A program made the translations under genes and the position numbers. From assembly GCF_055900595.2 (NCBI RefSeq), contig NZ_CM148325.1: 64,000 bases of DNA; one strand, given 5' to 3'. This document shows, piece after piece, positions 41,318-54,062 of the stretch. Every line of letters begins with the position of its first letter. The stretch's first letter is position 1. Under the pieces are notes generated by a model. The model saw only the letters and a list, made by a program, of their open reading frames with translations. It had not been told where the DNA came from and made no database searches.

Positions 41318-42553
41318 ATGATTACACATTTCCGTCAAGCCATAGAAGAAACGCTGCCCTGGCTTTCCTCTTTTGGTGCTGACCCAACGGGTGGAATGAC
41401 CCGTTTACTTTATTCGCCGGAGTGGCTGGAAACCCAGCAGCAATTTAAAAAAAGAATGGCAGCAAGTGGGCTGGAAACACGTTTCGATGAAGTGGGGAAT
41501 TTATACGGCCGCCTGAACGGCAGCGAATACCCTCAGGAAGTGATTCTGAGCGGTTCGCATATTGATACCGTGGTTAACGGCGGTAACCTCGACGGACAAT
41601 TCGGCGCACTGGCGGCGTGGCTGGCGATTGACTGGCTGAAAACGCAATACGGCGCGCCGCTGCGAACGGTCGAAGTGGTGGCAATGGCGGAAGAAGAAGG
41701 CAGCCGCTTCCCGTATGTCTTCTGGGGCAGTAAAAATATCTTTGGGCTGGCGAATCCTGACGACGTGCGGAATATCTGTGATGCCAAAGGAAATAGTTTT
41801 GTCGATGCAATGAAGGCTTGCGGATTTACTCTGCCGAACGCCCCACTAACTCCGCGTCAGGATATTAAAGCCTTTGTCGAACTGCATATCGAACAGGGTT
41901 GTGTGCTGGAAAGTAATGGTCAGTCAATTGGCGTGGTGAATGCAATTGTCGGGCAACGTCGCTATACGGTGACGCTGAACGGCGAATCAAACCATGCAGG
42001 CACAACGCCGATGGGTTATCGTCGTGATACGGTTTACGCTTTCAGTCGCATTTGCCATCAGTCAGTTGAGAAAGCGAAAAAGATGGGCGATCCGCTGGTG
42101 CTGACCTTTGGCAAGGTGGAGCCGCGCCCGAATACGGTGAATGTAGTGCCGGGTAAAACCACGTTCACTATTGATTGTCGTCATACCGACACTGCCGTGT
42201 TGCGCGATTTTACCCAACAGTTAGAAAACGACATGCGGGCGATTTGCGATGAAATGGACATTGGTATTGATATCGATTTATGGATGGACGAAGAACCCGT
42301 GCCGATGAACAAGGAGCTTGTCGCCACCCTGACAGAATTGTGTGAAAGCGAAAAACTGAATTACCGGGTAATGCACAGTGGTGCCGGGCACGACGCACAA
42401 ATTTTCGCGCCTCGCGTGCCGACCTGCATGATTTTCATTCCCAGCATCAATGGAATCAGCCATAACCCGGCGGAACGCACCAATATTACCGACCTTGCCG
42501 AAGGGGTCAAAACGTTGGCACTCATGCTTTATCAACTTGCCTGGCAGAAATAA
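41318..42553 (+). CDS. allC: Allantoate amidohydrolase
   Basis: MITHFRQAIEETLPWLSSFGADPTGGMTRLLYSPEWLETQQQFKKRMAASGL... (M20 peptidase family). Confidence 0.9.
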   Translation: MITHFRQAIEETLPWLSSFGADPTGGMTRLLYSPEWLETQQQFKKRMAASGLETRFDEVGNLYGRLNGSEYPQEVILSGSHIDTVVNGGNLDGQFGALAAWLAIDWLKTQYGAPLRTVEVVAMAEEEGSRFPYVFWGSKNIFGLANPDDVRNICDAKGNSFVDAMKACGFTLPNAPLTPRQDIKAFVELHIEQGCVLESNGQSIGVVNAIVGQRRYTVTLNGESNHAGTTPMGYRRDTVYAFSRICHQSVEKAKKMGDPLVLTFGKVEPRPNTVNVVPGKTTFTIDCRHTDTAVLRDFTQQLENDMRAICDEMDIGIDIDLWMDEEPVPMNKELVATLTELCESEKLNYRVMHSGAGHDAQIFAPRVPTCMIFIPSINGISHNPAERTNITDLAEGVKTLALMLYQLAWQK

Positions 42554-42563
42554 GGAGTTATAA

Positions 42564-43349
42564 ATGGGATATTTAAATAACGTCACCGGTTACCGCGATG
42601 ATTTACTGGCTAACCGTGCGATTGTGAAACACGGTAATTTCGCACTGTTAACCCCGGACGGTCTGGTAAAAAATATTATTCCGGGCTTTGAAAATTGTGA
42701 CGCGACAATCCTCTCCACGCCAAAGCTGGGGGCCTCTTTTGTTGATTATCTGGTCACACTGCATCAAAACGGCGGTAACCAACAGGGCTTCGGTGGTGAA
42801 GGAATTGAAACGTTCCTGTATGTGATCTCTGGAAATATCACTGCCAAAGCTGAAGAGAAAACATTTACCTTAAGCGAAGGTGGCTATCTTTATTGCCCGC
42901 CAGGCTCCTTAATGACGTTTGTTAACGCCCAGGCCGAAGACAGCCAAATCTTTTTATATAAGCGTCGCTATGTTCCGGTAGAAGGTCATGCGCCGTGGCT
43001 GGTTTCTGGCAATGCCAGCGAACTGGAACGCATTCATTATGAAGGCATGGACGATGTTATTCTGCTGGATTTTCTGCCCAAAGAGTTAGGTTTTGATATG
43101 AACATGCATATCCTCTCTTTTGCGCCAGGTGCCAGCCACGGTTATATCGAAACACACGTTCAGGAACACGGTGCCTATATTCTTTCCGGTCAGGGGGTTT
43201 ATAACCTCGACAATAACTGGATCCCGGTGAAAAAAGGCGATTACATCTTTATGGGCGCTTATTCTTTACAGGCTGGTTATGGCGTAGGGCGTGGTGAAGC
43301 GTTCAGCTATATATACTCGAAAGATTGCAACCGCGACGTAGAGATTTAA
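42564..43349 (+). CDS. allE: (S)-ureidoglycine aminohydrolase (cupin)
   Basis: 261-aa ORF MGYLNNVTGYRDDLLANRAIVKHGNFALLTPDGLVKNIIPGFENCDATILSTPK.... Confidence 0.9.
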   Translation: MGYLNNVTGYRDDLLANRAIVKHGNFALLTPDGLVKNIIPGFENCDATILSTPKLGASFVDYLVTLHQNGGNQQGFGGEGIETFLYVISGNITAKAEEKTFTLSEGGYLYCPPGSLMTFVNAQAEDSQIFLYKRRYVPVEGHAPWLVSGNASELERIHYEGMDDVILLDFLPKELGFDMNMHILSFAPGASHGYIETHVQEHGAYILSGQGVYNLDNNWIPVKKGDYIFMGAYSLQAGYGVGRGEAFSYIYSKDCNRDVEI

Positions 43350-43477
43350 CTCATACCACTCGCCTGATTATTTTTAGCTATGTTGGATTTTGCCACGGTT
43401 TATACCGTGGCTTTTTTTGTAGTCAATTCAGGTAAAAAAAGATGCGATATAAATCGCATCCGCTTTAAAGGTAAGGG

Positions 43478-44623
43478 TCAGTTTTTAATTCCCTGACCTA
43501 TTTTAATGGCGCAGGCAATATTTCGCGCACTGTTGAAGAGATTGGTTTCACCGCTTGCGAGCACTTCGGCTAAAGGTGCCAGACGTGGCAAAATGCTGAA
43601 TACCGCGTCAATGCCGTACTGGTGCACCACTTCCACGCCATCACCCAATACGCCAGCAATCCCAATCACCGGGACATTAAACTGCTTCGCCACCGATGCC
43701 ACACCCAGCGGCGCTTTACCACCTGCCGTTTGCGAGTCGATGCGCCCTTCCCCGGTGATCACCAGTGCTGCACCCTGCACCGCCTGCGCAAGATTGACCG
43801 CATTCAACACAATCTCAATACCCGGTTTAATATCCGCATTGAGGAATACCGCCGCCGCAATGCCCATACCGCCCGCCGCACCGCCGCCCGCCATCTGGCA
43901 GACGTTGATTTCAGTTAGCTGTTGTAAAACACGGGCGTAATTTTGCAGCCCCTGTTCCAGCTCTTCGACCATTTCTGGCGTTGCCCCTTTTTGCGGGCCA
44001 AACACCGCCGCCGCGCCGCGTGCCCCTACCAACGGATTATCTACATCGCACGCTACTTCAATATGGCAGTTCGCCAGACGCGGATCGCATTCATCCATCT
44101 CAATACTTGCCACGCGAGCTAAATTGCCACCGTTAGCCGCCAGCGCCTGACCGTCGGCATCAAGGAAACTCGCACCAAGCGCCTGCGCCATGCCCATACC
44201 GCCGTCGACCGTCGCGCTACCACCAATGCCGAGAATAATATGGCGAATACCGTTATCCAGCGCATGACGAATCAGCTCGCCAGTGCCATAACTTGACGCC
44301 AGCAACGGATTACGCTTCTCAGGCGCGACCAGCATCAGGCCACTTGCCGCCGCCATCTCAATCACCGCCGTTTTCCCGTCGCCGGTAAGGCCATAAAAAG
44401 CATTCACTTTTTCCCCCATCGGTCCACAGACTTCAAGTGTCACGATTTTGCCGCCCGTCGCGGCGACCATCGCCTCCACCGTCCCTTCGCCGCCATCCGC
44501 TATCGGCAAACAGATATAGTGCGCATCGGGAAAGAGGGTCGAAAACCCGGCTTTAATTGCCTGACAACATTTTTCTGCACTTAAGCTCTCTTTAAACGAG
44601 TCTGGTGCAATGACAATTTTCAT
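43478..44623 (-). CDS. glxK: Glycerate kinase 2
   Basis: [53 protein letters not shown].... Confidence 0.9.
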   Translation of the reverse strand: MKIVIAPDSFKESLSAEKCCQAIKAGFSTLFPDAHYICLPIADGGEGTVEAMVAATGGKIVTLEVCGPMGEKVNAFYGLTGDGKTAVIEMAAASGLMLVAPEKRNPLLASSYGTGELIRHALDNGIRHIILGIGGSATVDGGMGMAQALGASFLDADGQALAANGGNLARVASIEMDECDPRLANCHIEVACDVDNPLVGARGAAAVFGPQKGATPEMVEELEQGLQNYARVLQQLTEINVCQMAGGGAAGGMGIAAAVFLNADIKPGIEIVLNAVNLAQAVQGAALVITGEGRIDSQTAGGKAPLGVASVAKQFNVPVIGIAGVLGDGVEVVHQYGIDAVFSILPRLAPLAEVLASGETNLFNSARNIACAIKIGQGIKN

Positions 44624-44644
44624 TATCAATCCTTTTTCAACAAA

Positions 44645-45952
44645 TTATTCGATGCGTTCCCACGGAATAAGATTATCCATAAGAACAGCCAGTAAAATTC
44701 CGACCAGTAAGCCGTTACTGAGCAGAGGACGAAGCGTTAATGGAAGGTCTTGCAGATACACAGGCGGTAATGCCATTAAAAATATGCCGACAAATAACGG
44801 CAATGCGAGTCGATAAATATTGCGAGCGGTAAACGTGATTTGCTGGCTAAACACCAGCGCGGAAAAGAGTAAAGGCAGATAAGAAACCAGCATGACCGCG
44901 CTACTCACTGGTAAGGGGATACTGCAAAACAGTCGCGTGAGTGCCGGAACCAGTGCCACCAGCAGGCAAATAACGCTGCCATAAATAAACGAACGCCGCG
45001 TGTAATCGCCAGTCTGGGTTAATAAACCAATGGATGAAACAAACGGTGAAAATGGAATTACCGCCAGCGGCACGGTTATCAGCGTCATAAATCCGGTCGC
45101 CACAAAGCTGCGACGATAACGCGTATTCCCCGCGCCCTGTTGCGGATAAAAAACATCCGTGCCACGAATCGCACCGTAGGTATTGCTGATATTTACCAGA
45201 CCTGTAATCACCGCCGTCAGAATAATCCCCGGCAACAAAGCACCGCCACTGCCAAGCGGGAACCACTGCCAGTGCAACTCACCGGAAAGCGAGTGCGAAG
45301 AAGGAAAGCAAAAGTACCACAACAACCAGCCGGTTATGGTACCGACCAGCAGGCCATAACGGGCAAAACGTTGCGGCAGGAAGATAATCATCGCCAGTAC
45401 CAGGCACATCACCGCCACCGAGAGCGCGAACGGCGGTAACTGAATTTTAAAATTCGGGTCGGCTATGCCAAACGGCAGGCCGAGCATACCTTTGAAAAAG
45501 ATAGTGGTCAGCTGCGCGCCCAGCATCAACATAAACAAGACCATCACCGACGGCGTAAATAACCGCGCCAGGCGATGACCTAATCCGCTAAAACCAATCA
45601 ACATCGTCAGCACGCCAGAAATCGCAATCCCCACCGCCAGACTGGTAGCGATATCGTTGATCGGGGTCCCGCGCGATGCTTCGCCAAGGGTGATAGTAAG
45701 GATGGTTCCCCACCACAGGCCGCCCGGACCTTCCATAATAGCGCGACGATGACCGCAGAACGCCTGAGCGAAGCAGGCCAGTGCGGTAGCAAGAAAAGCA
45801 TATTGCGTGAGCGTAAGCAGGCTACTTTGCGGCAACTGAAAAGCAGAAAGTAGCGTAGGAGGAACCACAACAGTGTTGCAAAAAATAAAGAAAAACCACT
45901 GAAATCCTGATAACAGGCTTTCGCGGCTGACTGCAAAATTGAACATAAACAC
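44645..45952 (-). CDS. ybbY: Putative purine/uracil permease
   Basis: 435-aa polytopic membrane ORF; allantoin cluster position; exact start uncertain. Confidence 0.85.
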   Translation of the reverse strand: MFMFNFAVSRESLLSGFQWFFFIFCNTVVVPPTLLSAFQLPQSSLLTLTQYAFLATALACFAQAFCGHRRAIMEGPGGLWWGTILTITLGEASRGTPINDIATSLAVGIAISGVLTMLIGFSGLGHRLARLFTPSVMVLFMLMLGAQLTTIFFKGMLGLPFGIADPNFKIQLPPFALSVAVMCLVLAMIIFLPQRFARYGLLVGTITGWLLWYFCFPSSHSLSGELHWQWFPLGSGGALLPGIILTAVITGLVNISNTYGAIRGTDVFYPQQGAGNTRYRRSFVATGFMTLITVPLAVIPFSPFVSSIGLLTQTGDYTRRSFIYGSVICLLVALVPALTRLFCSIPLPVSSAVMLVSYLPLLFSALVFSQQITFTARNIYRLALPLFVGIFLMALPPVYLQDLPLTLRPLLSNGLLVGILLAVLMDNLIPWERIE

Positions 45953-46002
45953 ACCTTAACCGGAGAATGCCCGCCGCAAGGACGGGCATTGCAGGGGCCA
46001 GA

Positions 46003-47364
46003 TTACTGCTGATGTTTAAGGATAAATTGACCTTTCGGCGCAACAGGGAAGCCCTGTTCGATGTCGTAAATCACATCACCACGTAAGAGGGTTTTCGTGA
46101 TACGCGCGCCAATGGTACGGCCAACATACGGGCTGACTTTGTGGCGATATTCCAGATCGTCATTGGTAAGAACATAGCTGCTATTCGGCTGAATGAAGAC
46201 GAAGTCGGCATCTTTTCCTGGGGCGATACGGCCTTTTTGCTGCAGACCGAAAATATCTGCTGCGTTAGTCGCCATTAATTTGCCGAACATCGGCAGAGAC
46301 ATACCGCGTTTCTGTACTGCTTCATCGAACATCACGTCCATGCAGCTTTGCAGACCGGCGATACCGCCCCATGCTTTCATAATGTTACCGGCTTTCATTT
46401 CCGGCGGGCATGGAGAGTGGTCGGAAACCAGGCAGTCGATTTCACCGTTAAACAGTTTTTCCCACATGCCTTTCTGGTTTTCCAGATCGCGGATCGGCGG
46501 TGAACACTTCGCCAGGGTGCCAATTTCTTCGAACTGATCGGTATCCAGCACAAAGTAATGCGGGCAGGATTCACAGGTAACATCCTGGCCTTCCTGACGT
46601 GCACGAGTCACTTCCTCAACACCTTCCGGGCTGCTGATGTGGCAAACGTGCAGACGGCAACCAGCAACTTTCGCCAGGTACAGTACGCGGCGAATCGCTT
46701 CCACTTCGGTAAACACCGGACGCGAAGCCACATAGTCATGTGCGGTTACGCGACCTTCACGTTTCGCTTCTTCGCCCAGTTCGTCACAGATCAGCGCGTT
46801 TTCGCAGTGCACCAGCACCGGCTGTCCCAGTTCGCCCAGCTTCTGCGCACCTTTGAAGAACTGCCAGTCATTGACGTCACGGAAGTCGTTGTCGATACCG
46901 CGATCGCCACAGGTCGCAACGAAGCATTTGAAGCCGACAACGCCCACTTCATCCAGCTCATGCAGACGGTCGATGTTGTAAGACACCAGGCCACCGAGTT
47001 GCGCCGCATCGATAGTCAGCTTGCCTTTAGCGGCATCAAATTTCAGTTCAATCGATGCGCGGTCAACCGTTGCAGGCAGCTGGTTGAGCGGCATTTCGAT
47101 CATGGTGGTGATACCCCCTTTTGCCGCTGCGCGAGTACCCGTTTCATAACCTTCCCAGTGGCTACGACCCGGTTCAGAAATATGGGTGTGCGCATCAACC
47201 ATGCCTGGCGAAACCACCAGACCAGACGCATCCATAACTTCTTTTGCATCGCCCAGATCCTGACCGATAGCGGCAATTTTTCCGCCTTTAACGGCGATAT
47301 CTACAACGCGAGCTTCGTTTTCTAAAATAACGGTGCCGTTTTTAATGATTAAATCAAAAGACAT
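46003..47364 (-). CDS. allB: Allantoinase
   Basis: [66 protein letters not shown]... (amidohydrolase). Confidence 0.9.
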   Translation of the reverse strand: MSFDLIIKNGTVILENEARVVDIAVKGGKIAAIGQDLGDAKEVMDASGLVVSPGMVDAHTHISEPGRSHWEGYETGTRAAAKGGITTMIEMPLNQLPATVDRASIELKFDAAKGKLTIDAAQLGGLVSYNIDRLHELDEVGVVGFKCFVATCGDRGIDNDFRDVNDWQFFKGAQKLGELGQPVLVHCENALICDELGEEAKREGRVTAHDYVASRPVFTEVEAIRRVLYLAKVAGCRLHVCHISSPEGVEEVTRARQEGQDVTCESCPHYFVLDTDQFEEIGTLAKCSPPIRDLENQKGMWEKLFNGEIDCLVSDHSPCPPEMKAGNIMKAWGGIAGLQSCMDVMFDEAVQKRGMSLPMFGKLMATNAADIFGLQQKGRIAPGKDADFVFIQPNSSYVLTNDDLEYRHKVSPYVGRTIGARITKTLLRGDVIYDIEQGFPVAPKGQFILKHQQ

Positions 47365-47424
47365 AACAAACTCCTTGTAAAATACAGATTGGTTTTTTAA
47401 CTCAATGTTCAATATCGGGATTAA

Positions 47425-48879
47425 TTAACCTGTGACTTTTTGTTCTCCTGTTTTTTCTGCTGCAGTACGTTTCTTTAATAAGGCGTAGGCCGCAAAGGCG
47501 ACAATAACGCCGACAAACCATGAAACGCGTGATAAAGGCTCCATGAACGGAATAAATTTACCACCGAGAGATAAAATAACGGCGACCAAAGTTACTGAGA
47601 ACGCGGTGAGGTTAAAGCCGTTATCATAATATTTATAATCGCCTGCTGCGGTGTACAGCTCATCAAGATTAATTTGCCCACGCATCACCACAAAATAATG
47701 CGCCATCATGACACCAATGACCGGACCAAGCATTCCGCCGATAATATCGAGGAACAGATAAATACTGTCCTGATTTTCCATTAATTTCCACGGGCAGATC
47801 AGCAGGCTGATAATACTGGCAATCAGTACGCCGTTTTTATAGGTCAGTTTCGTCGGTGCAATAGCGGCAATCTGATAACCAGCCGGAATAATATTACCGG
47901 TGGCGTTAGTGGAGATAGTCGTCATCAGAATAACCAGTACCGCAAAGAACGAGGCAAACAGGCTATCCCAACGCTGAACAATATCCAGCACGTTCCAGGT
48001 GTCAGCGCCGTAGTGAATACTGGCTCCGGCAATAATACATACCCCGGCGACCGCAAACAGAATATAGGCCACAACTAAACCCAGCGTTTGCCCCAGCGCT
48101 TGCTCACGAAACGAGTGGGCGTTTTGCGTAAAGTCGGATGCGCTCACCGCCGGTGCCGCCCAGACCGCAACTACCGCGTTAATCACCACCAGGAACAGGA
48201 AGCCACCGTTTTCTGCTTTCTGAATACCGCTCGGAATGTAGTCAAAGATTGGACCGATCCCGACCAGCGAAATCGCCCAAATCGCCATACCGCCGAAGAC
48301 AACATAGATACACGGGTTAAGAATGGCGGTGAATTTATTTAAAACTTTGCCACCACCGAAACCGATTCCGACGTTCACCAGCCAGAAGAGTAAGAAAGTG
48401 ATTAAGCCCGGTAGAGAAAGCCCTAACAGGGTAAAATCACCACCGAGAGTTAAAAATCCCGGCCAGATTTTGCCAATCAGGATCAAGCAGGCCAGCGATC
48501 CGGCGTAACATTGCAGGCCAAACCACATAATGGCAGCAATCCCGCCTCTTAATAATCCGGGAAACAGTGCACCACGTACGCCATAAGAAGCACGCAGGAT
48601 CATGGCAAATGGTACGCCGTATTTACTGCCCGCAGCACCGTTTAATACCATTACCGCGGCAATGAAAAAGGCGCTGAGGATAATTGCCAGCATAATACTA
48701 AAGGTAGACAAGCCGAGAATAAAAAAGCCGCCGACCATCACATAATTGGGAACGTTATGAACCGAACCCATCCATAAGGTAAAATAGTTAAATGTTTTCC
48801 AGGTCCGCTGGCTTTGCGTTTTCGGCAATAGATCTTCGCTATAGCCGCGTTGCTGGAATAGTTTTCTCTGATGTTCCAT
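47425..48879 (-). CDS. ybbW: Allantoin permease (NCS1 family)
   Basis: 484-aa polytopic membrane ORF MEHQRKLFQQRGYSEDLLPKTQSQRTWKTFNYFTLWMGSVHNV.... Confidence 0.9.
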   Translation of the reverse strand: MEHQRKLFQQRGYSEDLLPKTQSQRTWKTFNYFTLWMGSVHNVPNYVMVGGFFILGLSTFSIMLAIILSAFFIAAVMVLNGAAGSKYGVPFAMILRASYGVRGALFPGLLRGGIAAIMWFGLQCYAGSLACLILIGKIWPGFLTLGGDFTLLGLSLPGLITFLLFWLVNVGIGFGGGKVLNKFTAILNPCIYVVFGGMAIWAISLVGIGPIFDYIPSGIQKAENGGFLFLVVINAVVAVWAAPAVSASDFTQNAHSFREQALGQTLGLVVAYILFAVAGVCIIAGASIHYGADTWNVLDIVQRWDSLFASFFAVLVILMTTISTNATGNIIPAGYQIAAIAPTKLTYKNGVLIASIISLLICPWKLMENQDSIYLFLDIIGGMLGPVIGVMMAHYFVVMRGQINLDELYTAAGDYKYYDNGFNLTAFSVTLVAVILSLGGKFIPFMEPLSRVSWFVGVIVAFAAYALLKKRTAAEKTGEQKVTG

Positions 48880-49048
48880 AAATCCCTCTTAATTTCACGT
48901 ATCGAATAACGTCTTTTTAATCTAGCTATGAGGAACAAATAAAATAAAAATATTATTTTTAATACTGAAGCAACATCTTTGGCTGCTTTCTTTTTTTAAT
49001 ATTGCTGGCCGATTCATTTTCTGATATCGGCCATTTTTATTGCGGGTA

Positions 49049-49927
49049 TCAGGCCAGTTTATGGTTAGCCATTAATTCCAGCGCCTGCACTAACGCAGAG
49101 TGATCCAACTGGCTGCCACCGTTTGCCGCACAGGTATTAAATAACTCCTGGCAGGTCGCGGTGTTTGGCAGGTTCAGCGCCAGTGCTTTCGCACTTTGCA
49201 GTGCCAGGTTGAGATCTTTCTGGTGCAGCGCAATTTTAAAACCTGGATTAAAGGTGCGTTTAATCATGCGCTCACCGTGAACTTCCAGAATACGTGAGGA
49301 AGCAAAGCCGCCCATCAGCGCCTGCCGCACCCGTACCGGATCCGCTCCGGCTTTTGAAGCAAACAGCAGGGCTTCAGAAACCGCTTCAATATTGAGCGCC
49401 ACGATAATCTGGTTTGCTACTTTGCAGGTCTGGCCGTCACCGTTACCGCCTACGAGGGTGATATTTTTACCGAGCAGTTCAAACAGCGGTTTAACACGTT
49501 CAAATACCACTTCGTCACCGCCAACCATAATCGACAACGTCCCTTCACGCGCGCCGATTTCGCCGCCAGAGACGGGTGCATCGAGATAATCACCACCCAG
49601 TTCATTCACCTGACGAGCGAAACGTTTAGTTTCGATCGGGGAAATGGAGCTCATATCAACAATGGTTTTGCCCTTCAGCGAGGCTTTGGTACAACCATTT
49701 TCACCAAACAGAACTTCTTCAACCTGTGGCGTATCCGGCACCATAATAAAAATGATGTCCGATGCTTCCGTTACCTGGCGCGCAGTTTCAACACTGACGG
49801 CACCCAGTGACAGTAATTCATCAGCAACCGGACCAATGGTTGTGACATGCAGTTGATGACCGGCACGCGCCAGATTAATGGCCATCGGTGTACCCATAAT
49901 GCCTAAGCCAATAAATCCCAGTTTCAT
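49049..49927 (-). CDS. glxR: Tartronate semialdehyde reductase
   Basis: 292-aa ORF MKLGFIGLGIMGTPMAINLARAGHQLHVTTIGPVADELLSLGA... (NAD-binding GxGxxG). Confidence 0.9.
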   Translation of the reverse strand: MKLGFIGLGIMGTPMAINLARAGHQLHVTTIGPVADELLSLGAVSVETARQVTEASDIIFIMVPDTPQVEEVLFGENGCTKASLKGKTIVDMSSISPIETKRFARQVNELGGDYLDAPVSGGEIGAREGTLSIMVGGDEVVFERVKPLFELLGKNITLVGGNGDGQTCKVANQIIVALNIEAVSEALLFASKAGADPVRVRQALMGGFASSRILEVHGERMIKRTFNPGFKIALHQKDLNLALQSAKALALNLPNTATCQELFNTCAANGGSQLDHSALVQALELMANHKLA

Positions 49928-50026
49928 AATTAACCTCTTTTAAATTTCGCTTTTCCTGAATTCAGACAACACGATCCCCTGCCAACTTAGCGGCCTAAAA
50001 AAGCATTGCCTGAACAGCGTTACGTT

Positions 50027-50803
50027 TTAACGGTACGGATCCATCCAGCGTAAACCGGCTTCCGTGGTGGTTTGGGGTTTATATTCACAGCCAACCCAAC
50101 CGTTGTAATCCGAATTTTCAATTACCTTAAAGAGATATTCGTAATTAATTTCTCCGGTCCCCGGTTCGCCGCGATGCGGATTATCGGCAATTTGCAGGTG
50201 ACCAATTTTATCGGCCCATTGAGTCATAGTGTTGGTTAATTCACCTTCCATCCGCTGCATATGATAAATGTCATACTGAATTTTCAAATTGCAGCAACCA
50301 ACATCATCAATCAATTTCAGCGCCTGCCGAGTTCCGGTGAGATGGAAACCAGGAATATCAAAATGGTTGATAGGTTCAATCAGTAATAAAATATCTTCTT
50401 TCATCAGCATATTCGCGGCATAACGCAGGTTTTCTACAAGCGTTGCGTGAATCTGTTCACTGCTGAAACCAGCCGGCGTTTTACCGACCAGACAGTTAAT
50501 TTTTTTATTACCCAGCGCACGAGCATAACGAATCGCTGCTGCAACGCCATCCCGAAACTCTTCTTCACGGCCAGGAATACAGGCAATACCGCGCTCGCCC
50601 GCCGCCCAGTCACCCGCCGGTAAATTGTGCAGCGTATGTTCGAGTTTATTACTCGCCAGCACCTGTTTTAATTCTTCAATGTCGTAGTCATAAGGAAACA
50701 TAAATTCAACGCCGCGAAAACCACACTGCGCTGCTTTCTCAAAACGGGCGAGAAAATCATATTCACCAAATAACATCGATAAATTCGCAGAGAAACGTAA
50801 CAT
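50027..50803 (-). CDS. hyi: Hydroxypyruvate isomerase
   Basis: 258-aa ORF MLRFSANLSMLFGEYDFLARFEKAAQCGFRGVEFMFPYDYDIEELK.... Confidence 0.9.
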   Translation of the reverse strand: MLRFSANLSMLFGEYDFLARFEKAAQCGFRGVEFMFPYDYDIEELKQVLASNKLEHTLHNLPAGDWAAGERGIACIPGREEEFRDGVAAAIRYARALGNKKINCLVGKTPAGFSSEQIHATLVENLRYAANMLMKEDILLLIEPINHFDIPGFHLTGTRQALKLIDDVGCCNLKIQYDIYHMQRMEGELTNTMTQWADKIGHLQIADNPHRGEPGTGEINYEYLFKVIENSDYNGWVGCEYKPQTTTEAGLRWMDPYR

Positions 50804-50815
50804 TATTTATCTCCC

Positions 50816-52597
50816 TTATTCATAGTGCATGAAGCAGGTTTCAGTCGGTGCGTCCGCTGCGTTATCGGCGATATCTTCAAATTCCATGACGTTATCCAGT
50901 TCGCTGCCCATCGAAATATTGGTCACACGCTCGAGAATAACTTCCACGACTACCGGTACCCGATATTGCGCCATTAAGGCTTTCGCCTGTTCAAAGGCCG
51001 GTGCAATATCTTCCGGTTTGAAGACCCGAATCGCTTTACAACCTAAACCTTCCGCTACTTTTACGTGGTCGACGCCGTAACCGTTCACTTCGCTGGAGTT
51101 AATATTTTCGAACGCGAGCTGTACGCAGTAATCCATATCAAACGCGCGTTGCGACTGACGAATCAGACCCAGATAGGCGTTATTCACCAGCACATGGATG
51201 TACGGAATGTTGAACTGCGCGCCAACGGCTAATTCTTCAATCAGGAACTGGAAGTCGAAGTCACCGGAAATCGCCACCACATTGCGCTCTGGATCAGCGG
51301 CACACACGCCCAGCGCCGCCGGAATGGTCCAGCCCAACGGGCCTGCCTGCCCACAGTTGATCCAGTGGCGGTCTTTAAAGACATGCAGCATTTGTGCCGC
51401 AGCGATTTGTGACAGACCAATGGTGGTGACATAACAAACATCGCGACCAAAGGCTTTGTTCATCTCTTCATACACGCGCTGCGGTTTCACCGGCACGTTG
51501 TCGAAGTGGGTTTTGCGCAGCAAAGTGCGTTTGCGCTGCTGGCAGTCGGCGACCCATTCTTTACGACACGGCAGACGACCCGCTTTTTGCATCTCCTGCG
51601 CCACTTCAACCAGTAAAGTCAGGGCAGCTTTAGCATCAGAGACAATCCCCAGATCCGGGCACAGCACGCGGCCAATTTGCGTCGGCTCAATATCGATATG
51701 GACGATTTTGCGCCCTTCGGTGTATTTCTCTACCGAACCGGTATGACGGTTGGCGAAACGGTTACCGATACCAAACACCATATCGGACGCCAGCAGCGTT
51801 GCATTACCGTAACGATGCGCGGTTTGCAGACCCACCATCCCGGCCATCAGTTCGTGGTCATCCGGAATACAGCCCCAGCCCATTAGCGTTGGGATTACCG
51901 GAACGCTGGTCAGTTCAGCAAACTGTTGTAACAGTGCAGCTGCGTCAGCATTGATGACCCCGCCCCCGGCAACAATCACCGGACGTTCAGCCTGGATTAA
52001 CATTTCGACCGCTTTTTCGATCTGCATACGGCTGGCCGCTGGTTTGTAGACCGGCAACGGTTCGTACATGTCAGGATCAAACTCGATTTCCGCCACCTGA
52101 ACGTCGAACGGTAAATCCACCAGTACCGGACCCGGACGACCAGAACGCATCAGGTGAAATGCCTGTTGCAACACACGAGGCACCAGTGCCGCTTCACGTA
52201 CTGTAACCGCCATTTTGCTGACCGGTTTAGCGATAGCTTCGATATCTACGGCCTGGAAATCTTCTTTATGCAGACGAGCACGCGGTGCCTGACCAGTGAT
52301 GCACAAAATAGGAATGGAATCAGCAGAAGCGGAATAGAGCGCGGTGATCATGTCCGTGCCCGCAGGACCGGAAGTCCCCAGACATACGCCGATATTCCCT
52401 GCCGTTGCGCGGGTATAACCTTCCGCCATGTGCGAAGCACCTTCCACATGACGCGCCAGAATGTGGCGAATACCGCCGTGCTTACGCATCGCTGAGTAGA
52501 ACGGATTGATTGCAGCTCCCGGAACGCCGAAGGCGGTGGTGATACCTTCTTTCTCCAGCACATACATTGCCGCGTCAACGGCTCTCATTTTTGCCAT
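50816..52597 (-). CDS. gcl: Glyoxylate carboligase
   Basis: [53 protein letters not shown]... (ThDP enzyme); start at the internal ATG of the track ORF. Confidence 0.9.
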   Translation of the reverse strand: MAKMRAVDAAMYVLEKEGITTAFGVPGAAINPFYSAMRKHGGIRHILARHVEGASHMAEGYTRATAGNIGVCLGTSGPAGTDMITALYSASADSIPILCITGQAPRARLHKEDFQAVDIEAIAKPVSKMAVTVREAALVPRVLQQAFHLMRSGRPGPVLVDLPFDVQVAEIEFDPDMYEPLPVYKPAASRMQIEKAVEMLIQAERPVIVAGGGVINADAAALLQQFAELTSVPVIPTLMGWGCIPDDHELMAGMVGLQTAHRYGNATLLASDMVFGIGNRFANRHTGSVEKYTEGRKIVHIDIEPTQIGRVLCPDLGIVSDAKAALTLLVEVAQEMQKAGRLPCRKEWVADCQQRKRTLLRKTHFDNVPVKPQRVYEEMNKAFGRDVCYVTTIGLSQIAAAQMLHVFKDRHWINCGQAGPLGWTIPAALGVCAADPERNVVAISGDFDFQFLIEELAVGAQFNIPYIHVLVNNAYLGLIRQSQRAFDMDYCVQLAFENINSSEVNGYGVDHVKVAEGLGCKAIRVFKPEDIAPAFEQAKALMAQYRVPVVVEVILERVTNISMGSELDNVMEFEDIADNAADAPTETCFMHYE

Positions 52598-52686
52598 TTT
52601 ATTCCTACCTCTATTAATTGGAAAAATTTTCCAACTTTCAAATTTTGTCAAAAAAACCCGCTCCGCAGAGCGGGATGCGACAGACA

Positions 52687-53502
52687 CTATGGATGTGCTT
52701 TCAGTCCCAACGCCGTGCTGATATCGCGGGCGGTGTCTCTGACCAGCTCACCCTGACTGACAAAACGATCTTCTGTCAGTCTTGATGAAGGCCCGGAGAT
52801 GGAGATAGCGGCAACAACGCTACCTACATCATCGTAAATTGCTGAAGCTATGCAATTCAGACCTACAACATGCTCTTCTTTATCTACGGTATAGCCCAGT
52901 TCACGCGCTTGTTCCAGGTCCTTCAGCAAGGTGGGCATATCCACAAGCGTAGTTGGCGTAAACTGCTGCAAACCGGTTTGCAAGATGATGCTCATCAACT
53001 CCTCTTCCGCCAGCGGATAAAGTAGCGCTTTGCCCGCACCGGAAGCATGCAACGGCAGACGACTGCCCAGCGGCGCACACATCCTGACCATCGATTTACA
53101 TTCTAACTGACCAATTAATACTGCTTCATTGCCGTTACGAATCGCGACATTGACCGTTTCGCCGGAAAGTAACATCAGGCGGCGCATAAACGGCCCGGCG
53201 ACGGAGAGGACATCGCGGTTATGGATGTACGCCGCACCGACGTTAAAGACACCTAATCCTATATGCCACCAGCCTAACTGACTGTCCTGATAGACAAAAT
53301 CCGCTGCCTGTAAAACCTTCAGCAAGCGAAAGGTCGTGGAGAGCGGCAAATCCAGATTGAGAGAAATATCGCTAACCGACGAACTTCCCCCACTTTTTTC
53401 CAGATATTGCAGAATCGCAATTCCCCGCTCTAACGCCTGTGCGCCCTTTTGTGCCACAGGCTCCGCCTGTCCTGGCCTGCCGCGCCGTCTAACTTCCGTC
53501 AT
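52687..53502 (-). CDS. allR: IclR-family allantoin regulon repressor
   Basis: 271-aa [53 protein letters not shown].... Confidence 0.9.
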
Positions 53503-53579
53503 ACCTACGTTAACTCCGACCTACAAGTGAGCATAAACAATGAACAATTAATTTATCTTATGCAAGTCGGTTACAGGCG

Positions 53580-54062
53580 TCACGCAAAACAGAGTTCCTG
53601 TTCAGGAATACTTTCAACATCACAGTTGTCACTGCCGCCGCGATCGATGGTCAGAAAATCGGTGACGCGCTGCCAGGCGAAAAGTGGGTGATGCCAGACG
53701 TTACGATGGTAATTCACTCCCTGTTCACCGTTGGTAATAAACGCCCGCAGGGTTGACAGGTCTGGTTTGTCGTCACCTAACGCCACGACCACCACAAACA
53801 CTTCCCCTTTCATCGGAATAAAGGCCTGAGTGCCCAGCGGATGACGTTCGAGTTCGTGAATGGTCAGCGGCAGATTCGCCGGTTGCGCGCGGTTAATGCT
53901 AATAAGCGTACGGTCTTGCTCAAGAATCTCAACCAGCGCCAAATCGTGGTAACGCTCCACCAGGCCATTGTTAATATGGAAAAAATCCCGTTGCTGCGTT
54001 TCGATTACGTCGCCATAAGCACTAAAGGCTTCCTGACTTAACGGTAATACCTGAAGTTTCAT
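53580..54062 (-). CDS. allA: Ureidoglycolate lyase
   Basis: 160-aa [54 protein letters not shown].... Confidence 0.9.
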